64,000 nt of DNA from Promethearchaeati archaeon (GTDB taxonomy: Archaea; Asgardarchaeota; Atabeyarchaeia; Atabeyarchaeales; Atabeyarchaeaceae), in contig JAHPYV010000001.1 in assembly GCA_019058495.1 (NCBI GenBank), positions 38,254-102,253 of the forward strand, read 5' to 3'. Within the stretch, counting starts at the first letter, position 1; each line of letters starts with the position of its first letter. Below are positions 1-9,262 of the stretch, piece by piece. The position numbers were made by a program, and so were the translations under genes. Below the pieces are notes generated by a model. It had not been told where the DNA came from. It worked only from the letters and a program-made list of their open reading frames with translations, and searched no databases.

Positions 1-251
1 TTGCGAGTTCGCTCCCCGACAAGAACGACTGATGCAGACAACACGTCACTTAGGAGTTTCAACTGAAAAGCATGTTCCTCATGGAAGCTATCGATGTTAG
101 TCAGCACCTTTATAAGCAATATCTTACTGCCATTCCTCGCAACCACGTCAAAACAGGCTGACCTTATGTTGTAAGCATCTGAGGTCTGGAAACCGACCTG
201 CTTGAGTAGGCTTACCACACGAGTAACGTTATCAGGCTTCTCATGGGACAT
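1..251 (-). CDS. Putative HTH-type transcriptional regulator (COG1395-like), first 83 codons; gene runs off the window edge
   Basis: Own minus-strand translation from ATG (249-251): MSHEKPDNVTRVVSLLKQVGFQTSDAYNIRSACFDVVARNGSKILLIKVLTNIDSFHEEHAFQLKLLSDVLSASVVLVGERTR, open to position 1. The CFDxVAR...LLIKVLxNID...LVGErTR pattern recalls the conserved archaeal putative HTH regulator family. Absent from the ORF track because there is no stop inside the window. Confidence 0.5.
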   Translation of the reverse strand, partial: MSHEKPDNVTRVVSLLKQVGFQTSDAYNIRSACFDVVARNGSKILLIKVLTNIDSFHEEHAFQLKLLSDVLSASVVLVGERTR

Positions 252-444
252 GTTTCCATCACAATTAGACCTTTTTGTGATATCCAACGATAAATCTGAG
301 ACTGAGAAAGCTGTTCGTAATAGGCTTTAAAGAACACACCCATTTAAGCAATTCGCTCATAATATGGGATTCTCATTATTCTGATCAGACAACAAACATA
401 GCATCAACTCAAAGAGAAAAGATGGATGAAATGTGATCACCAGA

Positions 445-933
445 TCAGAAAGAAGAAAAGGCATCCTCACTCGTCGAAGCCCCCCCGAAGCCAATCACAC
501 TCAAGCTCCTAAGCTTTCTCCTTAACTCCTGAACTTGTGGGCGATAGATGTGGTTTGGGACGTCAACTGTTTCATAATTCACGAATGATTCGTCAGTAAT
601 TCCAAGCGCTTTTGCCACGAAGAACGCTTCCAGTTTTCCTCCGCTTATGCTGAAAATGCCTTCCCCCAGATCTATTCTTCTGATCAGTACTATGGGAAAA
701 TACAACTTGTTATGTAACGTCTTCGGAACCATGTTGGCTACTTTCGTTAGCTCATCTCGGTCAACCCAGAGCTTCGTGCCATCTCTTGCGTTAACCGTAG
801 GCTCTTCTTCACTAAGGAGCTCGCTAAGGGGAACTGTTTTGCTCGGTAGGTGATCATTCATTTTGTTTACGTCCCACTTCCATATATATCTCAGCATTTT
901 GTCAAATCCAGTTTTGTCATCTCGCAAGATCAA
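445..933 (-). CDS. UPF0216/DUF61 family protein
   Basis: 162-aa ORF. N-terminal KMNDHLPSK..PLSELLSEEEPTV.ARDGT...VDRDEL followed by LYFPIVLIR matches my memory of archaeal UPF0216 (DUF61) proteins. Confidence 0.6.
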   Translation of the reverse strand: MILRDDKTGFDKMLRYIWKWDVNKMNDHLPSKTVPLSELLSEEEPTVNARDGTKLWVDRDELTKVANMVPKTLHNKLYFPIVLIRRIDLGEGIFSISGGKLEAFFVAKALGITDESFVNYETVDVPNHIYRPQVQELRRKLRSLSVIGFGGASTSEDAFSSF

Positions 934-1206
934 TCAGCACCAGCTATTGGCATCAGATCGCAACTCGCCTCACATTACCAGAAAAGGATTTGCCAATCCT
1001 TTATCTGCGTGTGCACAAGACTTTCCTGTAGTTTCAACCTTTCAAAGCATTTTCTGGTTAAAGCTAATCTAGATACTTAGACCCTTTATATGATCTCCAG
1101 TTGATTCTTCACAATGATTCAGATATGTTTTAATAATAATTGACTCAATTATATCTGGAAACGCAGAAATCGTTGCGAACTTCACGGCTAAAGAAGATGG
1201 TTTCGA

Positions 1207-1509
1207 ATGCTTGGAGAAAAGATGTTTCAAAGGACTCTAGAGTCTCTGGGGAAACATGAAGGCGTAAAAGGTGTTATTGTAACTAGTAAAGAGGGCCTAG
1301 CTATCAGTTCGACTATGGATTCCGAGAAGACTGAGAAAATCGCTGCCCTTATAACTTCGTTGGTTGGTAAGGCGAAGTCTGTTGTCAAAGAGATTGGTGA
1401 AGGCCCCCTCAGATTCCTGACAATAGATATAGAGAACAAGGAAGTCTTAGTGGCGCCCGAAGATGAGGCTGTACTCATAGTTCTGCGGGAAAAGAAGAAA
1501 GTCGAATAG
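1207..1509 (+). CDS. Roadblock/LC7 (MglB-like) domain protein
   Basis: 100 aa. [17 protein letters not shown] ... [16 protein letters not shown] layout and size are typical of Roadblock/LC7 (COG2018). Confidence 0.75.
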   Translation: MLGEKMFQRTLESLGKHEGVKGVIVTSKEGLAISSTMDSEKTEKIAALITSLVGKAKSVVKEIGEGPLRFLTIDIENKEVLVAPEDEAVLIVLREKKKVE

Positions 1510-1651
1510 ATATTTGCAACTGACTGTTCTATTATTGACTGGTTAGAGGAATAAGATTCATAATTATCCTGATTTGAGGAATAGACTATTCACGTGAATG
1601 TTATTTGAGATATGAGAGACAGGCTACGAAAATCTTTATGGAGGGGTAGAA

Positions 1652-2119
1652 ATGACTGATGTCAAAGCATTCGACAGGGTATTGGGCAACGTGATGAAAA
1701 GCGAACCAGGCATCAAGAAAGTAATTTTGGTCGACAAAACCGGACTGACTATTGCTCATGTGTCTAAATTCACGTATCAACCCGTTGATGTCGATGGTAT
1801 CGGAGCCATTGCTAGCGCCGTTTTCTGCGCGAGTGAAGAACAAGGGAAGAGTCTGGAAATCGGCGAGCTGAAGATCGTCACATCAGAATTCGATAACGGC
1901 AAGATCTTCGCTGCGAGCTGCGGAAAAGGGGTTATATGCGTTATTACGGATGGCGAAATAAACATTGGAATGATCAGGTTAGTGCTAAAGAAGTCTGCAG
2001 ATGAAATCCAGAAGATCCTTGATGAGTTTCTAGAATCACGAGCACAGGTTCCTGCTGCAAGAAAGTCCGAAGAGGAAGAACTAAAAGCAGCGCTCAGCGA
2101 GCTAGAGAAGGTTCCGTGA
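1652..2119 (+). CDS. Roadblock/LC7 domain protein with C-terminal acidic/helical tail
   Basis: 155 aa. IKKVILVDKTGLTIAHV ... GKIFAASCGKGVICVITD core. GGAGGGG lies just upstream of the ATG. Confidence 0.7.
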   Translation: MTDVKAFDRVLGNVMKSEPGIKKVILVDKTGLTIAHVSKFTYQPVDVDGIGAIASAVFCASEEQGKSLEIGELKIVTSEFDNGKIFAASCGKGVICVITDGEINIGMIRLVLKKSADEIQKILDEFLESRAQVPAARKSEEEELKAALSELEKVP

Positions 2120-2145
2120 CAGCTAACGAGGAAGGTTGATCTCCC

Positions 2146-2724
2146 GTGAACAAAGACTCAGAGGGAAGAATGCATTTCAAGATAGTTTTCTGGGGGCCGA
2201 CTCTCTCAGGAAAAACAACAGCTCTTCGGTGGATATATGATAACATTGAGGGACTCGCCAAGGGAGGATTTACCTCTGTCGAGGATCCTACCGGGAGAAC
2301 ACTCTATTTCGATTACACTCCGCTTTCAGCAAGTGGGAAAGTTATATTTGATGTTTTCACGGTTGCCGGGCAGAAAAGACATAGACACCAGAGAAGGATT
2401 GTGATCCAGGGAACCGATGGGATCATATTCGTCGCGGACTCGCTCGTATCTCAACTGAGTGAGAACACCGAAAGTTTGAATGAGTTAAAGCAGATGCTCG
2501 GGAACAATCTGAACAGCGATATACCGCTAGTTGTAATGCTCAACAAAAGAGATGAACCTGGCGCGGCAGATCGAAAGGCTCTCATTGATTCCCTAGCACT
2601 ACGGGATGTACCGATATTCGAGACTATAGCCACGAAAGGTACCGGGGTCCGTCGAGCTTTCCAAGCCATCGCCAGGGAGGTTCTTCTTAAGAGGCTTTAT
2701 AAGGGTTCGCTTCCAACAGTTTAG
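2146..2724 (+). CDS. Small Ras-superfamily GTPase (MglA/COG2229-like)
   Basis: G1 GPTLSGKTT, G3 DVFTVAGQ and G4 NKRD are all present; about 190 aa. Alternative start ATG at 2170 (MHFKIVFWGP). Confidence 0.8.
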   Translation: MNKDSEGRMHFKIVFWGPTLSGKTTALRWIYDNIEGLAKGGFTSVEDPTGRTLYFDYTPLSASGKVIFDVFTVAGQKRHRHQRRIVIQGTDGIIFVADSLVSQLSENTESLNELKQMLGNNLNSDIPLVVMLNKRDEPGAADRKALIDSLALRDVPIFETIATKGTGVRRAFQAIAREVLLKRLYKGSLPTV

Positions 2725-2801
2725 AATGCGGGAAGTTCTCATCTTTCCGTAGGTCAGTATTGTTATTGGTCTGTTGACTACGGGTATGACAAAACCAATG
2801 G

Positions 2802-3200
2802 ATGAGGTCGAGCAACGCTTTGGAAACAGACTCTGGAGCAAAGGGCGGAACGCTTGAGCAAGTCCTTAAGGATCTGGAAGCTTCTGTTTCCGAGATCGAG
2901 GCTGCAATAGTAGTAAGTACAGAGGGGCTTCCTATTGCCTCAGCCCTTCCGGCAGACGTTGATGAGACTAAGATAGCAGCAATGACAGCGGCCATGCTGT
3001 CTCTGGGTGAACGAGCATCTTCAGAGCTTGGTAAAGGAGAAATAGAGCAGATCTTTGTAAAGGGGAAGGATGGCTATATAATAGTCATGGGAGCGGGATC
3101 CAACGCCGTATTGACAGTGTCAGCGAGAAAGGATGTCAAGCTTGGACTTGTATTCCTTGACATGAAGAGAGCTGCCGATCGTGTGGCAGAACTCATCTAG
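2802..3200 (+). CDS. Roadblock/LC7 domain protein
   Basis: 132 aa. EIEAAIVVSTEGLPIASALP ... GYIIVMGAGSNAVLTV is the typical Roadblock pattern. Confidence 0.75.
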   Translation: MRSSNALETDSGAKGGTLEQVLKDLEASVSEIEAAIVVSTEGLPIASALPADVDETKIAAMTAAMLSLGERASSELGKGEIEQIFVKGKDGYIIVMGAGSNAVLTVSARKDVKLGLVFLDMKRAADRVAELI

Positions 3201-3412
3201 TATGTCTACTTAGAATTAGTCTGTGCGAGATCTCGATTGCCGGTCGAGCGTGACTAGTGCAGCAGGAACTCGCCAACCCAACAACTAGCGTTTTGTTCGG
3301 CTCAATATCAGGGAAATACTATATAAGGCTAGGAAGAAAGTGATTGACATAGGTTGGTCGCCGTCCTTTGTCCCGGTGATTGTATCGCGAGTGACTGCAA
3401 GGAGATGCCAAA

Positions 3413-4177
3413 TTGAAAGTCTTAGCACCTATATACAGGCTTTATGAATGGATGCTCTGGAGACAGGTGACCTCCGATGCTGGTCCCAAACATATAGGGA
3501 TCATCGTCGACGGTAACAGAAGATTTGCCGAGAGCAAAGGACTGATGCCCTGGATAGGCCATCAATACGGTGCGGACAAGGTGAAGGATTTCCTACACTG
3601 GTGCTTCGAGGTAGGAATAGAAATCGTCACAATATACGCATTCTCAACCGAGAACTTCTCGAGATCGAAAAGGGAGATCGATGAAATATTCTCTATTGTC
3701 AGGGACAGATACAGGGAGATAGTTGAGGACCCCCTAATCCATAAGTATAAGGTCAGAGTAAAGGCCATTGGACATTTATCTTTGCTACCACGCAACGTAA
3801 GGAACTCAATTAGAAAGGTGGAGAAAGCCACTGAGAGATATGATCAGCATTTCCTTAACATTGCCATCAGCTATGGTGGAAGAACAGAATTGGTGGACGC
3901 TTTTAAGGAGATAGCCTCGGAAATCTCAGATGGTAAGTTGAAACCTGAGCAAATTGATGAACGACTCATTGACGGTCACCTATACACAGCGGGTCTGCCA
4001 GATCCAGATCTGATAATTCGGACATCAGGAGAAGAGAGGCTTTCGGGTTTTCTTCTGTGGCAAGCTGCCTACTCTGAACTCTACTTCTGCGATGTATATT
4101 GGCCATCATTCAGGAAGATAGATTTGTTTAGGGCATTGAGATCATATCAGCAGAGAGAAAGGCGCTTCGGCGTATAG
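3413..4177 (+). CDS. uppS: cis-prenyltransferase, undecaprenyl-diphosphate synthase family
   Basis: HIGIIVDGNRRFA, AFSTENFSR and RTSGEERLSGFLLWQAAYSELYF are hallmark UppS motifs. TTG start. Confidence 0.9.
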   Translation: MKVLAPIYRLYEWMLWRQVTSDAGPKHIGIIVDGNRRFAESKGLMPWIGHQYGADKVKDFLHWCFEVGIEIVTIYAFSTENFSRSKREIDEIFSIVRDRYREIVEDPLIHKYKVRVKAIGHLSLLPRNVRNSIRKVEKATERYDQHFLNIAISYGGRTELVDAFKEIASEISDGKLKPEQIDERLIDGHLYTAGLPDPDLIIRTSGEERLSGFLLWQAAYSELYFCDVYWPSFRKIDLFRALRSYQQRERRFGV

Positions 4178-4187
4178 CGGAAAATGA

Positions 4188-4691
4188 AGAAGAGGTAGAA
4201 CAAAGATTAGCAAAATCGGTAAACTTGCTAAACTCCTGAGATTCAGAAGAAAGGGGAAGAGAATAGGAGTACTAATTGATGGATCAAGCCTCGAATCTAG
4301 AGAATACTATCCTGTGGTGACTAAAGTAAAAGACCTACTTGAAGACTTGGGAGTTACAAAGGTAGCAAAGGTAGTTATCAATCAGCAGACATCACATGAA
4401 GAAACGGTTAAACAGATTACCCAGAAGGGCTATAATCCTATAGTCGTTCCTGCAGAAGTTGACGTTCACGTAGCTGTTGAGGCAGCTGATATGGCATTCA
4501 ATGAAAAGCTCGACGCTGTCGTGCTTTTTACGGCAAATCCAAATATCCTGCCAGCGCTTACGAAAGCTAAAGAACTCGGGAAAGAAACTATACTTTTGCG
4601 CACGACCGATAAGCCAAATGAAGCCCTGGAAAATGTGGCCGATATTGTGATAGTTCTCGACTTCGCCGAAAAGACAGAGAGCGCGTCTTAG
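4188..4691 (+). CDS. LabA/NYN-like domain protein; true 5' end unresolved (track start 4314)
   Basis: The track ORF (GTG 4314) contains LDAVVLFTANPNILPALTKAKELGKETILL, similar to NYN/LabA DxvvLvSgDsDf.pl...l...Gk.v. The same frame stays open upstream to 4188 and encodes ...KRIGVLIDGSSLESREYYP, the expected NYN N-terminal IDG motif, but has no ATG/GTG/TTG. Confidence 0.5.
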   Translation, partial: RRGRTKISKIGKLAKLLRFRRKGKRIGVLIDGSSLESREYYPVVTKVKDLLEDLGVTKVAKVVINQQTSHEETVKQITQKGYNPIVVPAEVDVHVAVEAADMAFNEKLDAVVLFTANPNILPALTKAKELGKETILLRTTDKPNEALENVADIVIVLDFAEKTESAS

Positions 4692-5639
4692 CTAGGTCCT
4701 TCCATCGTCATTGAAAAAACCCTTATCTACAAGAACGGACAGCTCGTCCATCGTGATCTTACCGCCTTTTTTGACTTTTTCGTATGCCTGGGTGACTACT
4801 TTCTCGATTCTCTGCTTCATGTCATTGTCTATGTCTGGTTTTCTTTCTGTTCTTTCGGACATGAGTCTCGCATTTAACTCTCTGATTTGATCATGGATCT
4901 TCCTTGATTTCGAAAGTGCTTCACTGGCAAAGCCGAATGATTCGAGGTATCTTTGGTGGGCATTATCGGCTTCTTTCTTCAGGTCTCCTAGCTGTTTCTT
5001 CAAATCAACAACTATTGCATGATGTTCTTGGGACATTTTGACTTGTTCAAGCATCCGAGTTCTGTACTCGTATAACTTGCCCTTGATCCCATTCGCTTTG
5101 TCAACAATCTCGGTGAGTTCAGCATCTACCCCATCGATTGCCTTCACACCTTTTAGTCTCTTCTCAAGAGCAGAGACTTCCTTTACAAGCTCATTCTCCC
5201 TTCCCAGACTCAAGACATTAGTCTGAAGGAACCAATCCAGTTTCCTAATTTGCTCCCGCAATTGATCCGGATCATCCCTTAGATTGGAAATTGATTCCCT
5301 CCTCTTTTTTTCAAGCTCATCGATGAGGTTCTTCCTTTCGTCAAGCTCCTTTTTGAAGCCTTCCTTCATAACCTTGAACTCGGCTACTTTTTCATTCGCG
5401 CGACTTCTGTGTTCGCGTTCTTGCTTCAGCTTGGAAGCGAGTTGACTCATCATTTTGTTCAATTCGTCTCTTTTGGCTTTCCAGTCCTCCGCCCTCTTAT
5501 AGAATTTCTCAGTTTCAGTTCGGAGTTCGCTTAATTGATTATATAGCTTGGTCAACTCTTGACTCAGGCTATCATTGGATCTCTCCGACACCTGCAGGAC
5601 CTCTTTGAGCAATCCATTCGAAGTAACCTTGACTCCCAA
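4692..5639 (-). CDS. Coiled-coil protein (COG1340-like archaeal coiled-coil family)
   Basis: 315 aa, almost entirely heptad-like K/E/L/R-rich sequence. TTG start. No enzymatic motif seen. Confidence 0.5.
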   Translation of the reverse strand: MGVKVTSNGLLKEVLQVSERSNDSLSQELTKLYNQLSELRTETEKFYKRAEDWKAKRDELNKMMSQLASKLKQEREHRSRANEKVAEFKVMKEGFKKELDERKNLIDELEKKRRESISNLRDDPDQLREQIRKLDWFLQTNVLSLGRENELVKEVSALEKRLKGVKAIDGVDAELTEIVDKANGIKGKLYEYRTRMLEQVKMSQEHHAIVVDLKKQLGDLKKEADNAHQRYLESFGFASEALSKSRKIHDQIRELNARLMSERTERKPDIDNDMKQRIEKVVTQAYEKVKKGGKITMDELSVLVDKGFFNDDGRT

Positions 5640-5651
5640 GAGCTGAGAAGA

Positions 5652-5897
5652 CTATTTCTTGCTGCCCACTAAGACTATGTCATCAATTGCGACAATTAGT
5701 TCATAGGGAACAAGCACTACTTCGGTTCCTGATGCGGTCGTCTTTCTTTTGATCTTCATCTCCAAAGCTGAAACCGACCTCATGTCAATGTCTATTGAGA
5801 TATCAGTGACACGACCGACGTACTTCCCCTTCGTAGTGTACACAGTTTTGCCAATCACCTTTGACAGTCTGAAGACACTAATGTTTAACGCCTCCAA
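5652..5897 (-). CDS. PRC-barrel domain protein
   Basis: 81 aa. VIGKTVYTTKGKYVGRVTDISIDIDMRSVSALEM...LVPYELIVAIDDIVLV matches the PRC-barrel pattern. Confidence 0.6.
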   Translation of the reverse strand: MEALNISVFRLSKVIGKTVYTTKGKYVGRVTDISIDIDMRSVSALEMKIKRKTTASGTEVVLVPYELIVAIDDIVLVGSKK

Positions 5898-5911
5898 ACA
5901 TTAGTCTCAAA

Positions 5912-6631
5912 TCACTTTTTTTCTCCATCGGTTGATAGTATTATCCTTGCGTCAACAATTCTCGCGCCCTTTTCGTAGACAAGAATAGGGTTCAGATCTA
6001 GTTGCTCTATGTTGGTATGCTCAGTGACTAGTTTCGAGACCTTCAGGATTATGTCTACAATGGAGTTAATATCCGCAGGTTTCTGACCCCTGATGCCTGT
6101 CAGTACGGGGTATCCTTTTATTTCCTGTATCATTTCCCGTGCGTCGTATTCTGTCAGCGGCGCGATACGGAATGCCACATCCTTCAGAACTTCGACAAAT
6201 ATCCCGCCCAACCCGAACATCAGCGCCGGACCGAATTGTGGATCTTTAGCCATTCCAACAATAACCTCATTGCCCTGCGGAGCAAGTTGCTCCACGATTA
6301 CTCCAATGATTTTCGCATCGCTCTTAAACTTCTTGACGTTCTTCATTATTTCGCTGAAGGCGGCTCGCACTTCGTCGGCATTCTTGAGATTGATCTTCAC
6401 TGCTCCGACGTCACTCTTATGCAACACATCGGGCGAAACTATCTTGATGACAACTGGGTACCCTATCTCGCTAGAGAACTTGACAGCTTCCTCAACTGTT
6501 TTGGCTATCTTGAACTTAGTTACTGGCATTCCATATGAGCCTACAACTTCCTTTGACTCGGGCTCAAGTAGAAAGTTCCTCCCGGTTGAAAGGGCCCCGT
6601 TGATTATTTTATCAACACTGTTCGCAACCAT
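5912..6631 (-). CDS. acdB: ADP-forming acetyl-CoA synthetase beta subunit-like (ATP-grasp)
   Basis: 239 aa. LLEPESKEVVGSYGMPV...EIGYPVVIKIVSPDVLHKSDVGAVKINL is the characteristic ATP-grasp_5 segment of AcdB. Confidence 0.75.
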   Translation of the reverse strand: MVANSVDKIINGALSTGRNFLLEPESKEVVGSYGMPVTKFKIAKTVEEAVKFSSEIGYPVVIKIVSPDVLHKSDVGAVKINLKNADEVRAAFSEIMKNVKKFKSDAKIIGVIVEQLAPQGNEVIVGMAKDPQFGPALMFGLGGIFVEVLKDVAFRIAPLTEYDAREMIQEIKGYPVLTGIRGQKPADINSIVDIILKVSKLVTEHTNIEQLDLNPILVYEKGARIVDARIILSTDGEKK

Positions 6632-6765
6632 CTATGTTCACCCTACATCAGACTCTAGAAGCTTGATCGCATTTTGAGAACTCGGTCTAAAACTTGAAAT
6701 CCCCCATTTATAAGGGTTTTCGCCAAGGAAGCACAGACAATGCTTAGAGAATTTGAAGGACGCAC

Positions 6766-7521
6766 CTAAGGTGTGTGATCTTCTACCCAGACTCTCTCAA
6801 GTTCAGCATAAAGCACATCCAGACCTTCCTGCCGTTGAGCAGATACAGGAATAACCTCGCCTCTGGAACCGATCCTGTCAAGCACCTCGCAGATGATTTT
6901 GCTCATGTCCCGTGTGACTCCCTTTCCCTCAGTGTCAACATTCTCATACAACTGGGCTGAGTTGGTAGACCACTCCACAATTCTGTTCACCTCCTCATCC
7001 GAAAGTAAGTCGGATTTCGCAAGTAGAGTGAATTGGGCAGCCGTAAACCTAAATTGCAGAGAAAGCCCAAGTAGAGCAAGAGAAACGAAACCTGTTGGAT
7101 ACCTAACCAAGTTAGGATCAAGCAAATGCAAGTTCACCGTCGTTTGCCCACCCAGTGCCGAAACAATTAACGGACCAGTCGAGCGATAGGCAAAGAGCTC
7201 TATCTGCCCCGGAGTGTCGACGATTGCGAATTCTGATTTTGTGGATTCTACTTCTTCTTTGATCTTGTCTATCTGACCAGCCACCATGTCAACCGAAGCT
7301 ATGAGTGCACCATTCGGCCCGAGACCTAGCTGGTTCATTATATCATCAACATTCACGTAGTCTCTGATGTCGACATCGGGATCGTAAGGCAATCGCCGAG
7401 CCGCCGGATCAAGATTTACCTTAATGACGTCCAAATCATTATTGTCCATGAAGGATGCCAAAGCTGATGATAGCGTCGACTTACCACATCCAGCCGTCCC
7501 CATCACTATAATGAAATGCAA
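6766..7521 (-). CDS. GPN-loop GTPase
   Basis: P-loop GTAGCGKST, NLDPA, and the eponymous GPNGAL motif. Confidence 0.85.
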   Translation of the reverse strand: MHFIIVMGTAGCGKSTLSSALASFMDNNDLDVIKVNLDPAARRLPYDPDVDIRDYVNVDDIMNQLGLGPNGALIASVDMVAGQIDKIKEEVESTKSEFAIVDTPGQIELFAYRSTGPLIVSALGGQTTVNLHLLDPNLVRYPTGFVSLALLGLSLQFRFTAAQFTLLAKSDLLSDEEVNRIVEWSTNSAQLYENVDTEGKGVTRDMSKIICEVLDRIGSRGEVIPVSAQRQEGLDVLYAELERVWVEDHTP

Positions 7522-7689
7522 GAATGTCCCCTTTTGAGAACAGTATAGACTGCTTCAATGGCAAATCAAGAAAGGAGAAAGTGGACACACATATAAAAAC
7601 TATCTTTCAGACCGATTTCCTGGCCGGATAAATAGCATAACATATCTCGAAATGCGATGCCGAGATATTGATGTAAGCTGCTTTAATCT

Positions 7690-8445
7690 TCAAACAATCA
7701 CTGCTTGCTTGACTCTGCGAAAGACAGGGAGAGCTATAACAACGCCACACACACACTGCATGATATTGGCAGGAACCTCCAGTATTGCAGCAATGCCAAA
7801 TAGAGGCAACTCATACAAGAAATATCCAATTACCATAGTTGCACCTCCGGCAAGCATGGACAGAGTCAAGATTAGACCTCCAACTCCAGACCGGTAAATC
7901 ACATATCCGACTAAAAGAGCAGCGAGAGATGAGATAATTAGCCATGTAACAGGCCCTATGATGAATTCACTATCCAGAAACGCTAATGTGACACCTGAAA
8001 TACCCATTAGGACCAAGAAAGCCCCGATCGCAAGGCATGAAACAGCGATGACCAGGGATGCAAGTGTGGATGGCTTCCTTCCTCCACTCCTAGAATTCAT
8101 GAGTTTAGTCCGGTGTGCTAGAAATCCAACAATGAGTCCCTCAATCCCTTTGATCACCAACGTGCCAGGCGCATACAAGTAGTACCCAGTGAACACATCG
8201 GCCAGCATTGATCCGACCCCACCAGAAAAGCCGCCGACTAAGGGTCCGAAAACAAGAGCTGAGATGTAAACCATAGACTCTCCGAGATTGAAGTATCCTT
8301 TGGTCGCTGGTATGGAAACCTGGAAAACCACTGTGGTTAACGCGGTGGCGGCAGTCATAACAGCGGCGAAAGCCGCGAATTTGGCTCTCGAATCCACCAT
8401 GTTATCTGTCTGTCTATTCATTCTGCTTTCGTGTCTCCTAGTCAA
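7690..8445 (-). CDS. Polytopic membrane protein, ECF-transporter S-component-like
   Basis: Multiple TM helices. IPATKGYFNLGESMVYISALVFGPLVGGFSGGVGSMLADV resembles S-component family cores. No A/T components in the window. Confidence 0.45.
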   Translation of the reverse strand: MTRRHESRMNRQTDNMVDSRAKFAAFAAVMTAATALTTVVFQVSIPATKGYFNLGESMVYISALVFGPLVGGFSGGVGSMLADVFTGYYLYAPGTLVIKGIEGLIVGFLAHRTKLMNSRSGGRKPSTLASLVIAVSCLAIGAFLVLMGISGVTLAFLDSEFIIGPVTWLIISSLAALLVGYVIYRSGVGGLILTLSMLAGGATMVIGYFLYELPLFGIAAILEVPANIMQCVCGVVIALPVFRRVKQAVIV

Positions 8446-8690
8446 AGGATGTCAACTGACTTGAATAGTCTGCAAGTATTGAACAATTTCAAACTAGGCC
8501 TAGCGACTTATAAGAATATTCATAAAAGCCTCTCTAAGATCAAATGCATATCATGAAGTTTGGCGATTGTCAGAAGTCTCAGTGAAGTGGATAGCCTAAT
8601 ATTAGAGTCGTACAACCAGGATCTACTGTGTGCAACTGAAATGGAAGATTTAAGAAGTCTCTTCAACCTATAGGTGATTGGTGTTTTTCT

Positions 8691-9251
8691 GTGGACGATC
8701 TCGAATTTAATCCAGAAGCATTTGAGTTTGTAAGGAAGAATAAGCAGGTGAAGGTAACAATAACGAATCCAGCAGAAGATCTTGTGATCGTAGGCAAGGA
8801 TCTCAGTTCAATTGGCAAAGGTCAAGATGTCCAGCTACCTCTCTGGGCAGCAGAGACGTTAATCAGAGCGAGCATCGCCGCAACTCAAGAGGATCTGAAG
8901 TTAAGCTACAAGGATTTTGAGAATATTCTTTGGAAAGAGCAGTTGGAAACACCCCTTCAGAAACTGCCTGACGATTTCTACGTGCTTGCAAAGGAACTTA
9001 TGGGTTCATATCAAGAGAAAGCCAACAGGGAAACACGTGACCTCGACAGCGTTAGGAAACTGTCTCAGTTTGAGACACTTTTGCGGGATATTGTCTGCAT
9101 CCGTATGTCCAAGATTGTAAAAGTAGCTCTCCGCGGTAGTGATTCACCTGGATCCACGAGTCCCATGACGGATGAGGAAGCGTGGCTATATCAACGCATG
9201 ACCAAACTGCTGAAAACTTGGGAGTCAGGGATAATTGGGAAAACGAGGTGA
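8691..9251 (+). CDS. GINS subunit (Gins23-type domain order: beta-rich N-domain, helical C-domain)
   Basis: 186 aa immediately upstream of mcm. The LPLWAAETLIRASIA motif is typical of GINS subunits. GTG start. Confidence 0.65.
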   Translation: MDDLEFNPEAFEFVRKNKQVKVTITNPAEDLVIVGKDLSSIGKGQDVQLPLWAAETLIRASIAATQEDLKLSYKDFENILWKEQLETPLQKLPDDFYVLAKELMGSYQEKANRETRDLDSVRKLSQFETLLRDIVCIRMSKIVKVALRGSDSPGSTSPMTDEEAWLYQRMTKLLKTWESGIIGKTR

Positions 9252-9262
9252 TAGACCTACAG

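Noticed and set aside
5912-6631. AcdB-like beta subunit without an adjacent alpha subunit, and an ECF S-component without A/T partners. Considered as signs of broken operons.
   Set aside because: Split or unlinked subunit genes are common for both systems in archaea. Nothing in the sequence suggests decay.
8446-8690. Possible riboswitch (e.g. TPP) upstream of the ECF S-component-like gene; a CTGAGA is present on the minus strand.
   Set aside because: None of the other conserved TPP elements (ACCTGATCTGGATAATGCCAGCG-like) are present. An isolated hexamer is not evidence.
9182-9262. N-terminal extensions in the ORF track (MCM 9182, NFACT 40116, Sfm1-like 37795, pgk 45248, Elf1 49956, eS17 58035, uL3 61740, UPF0200 22971).
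   Set aside because: The extensions overlap neighbouring genes or precede Shine-Dalgarno or TATA elements, and they add residues absent from the conserved family N-termini. Downstream starts are preferred.
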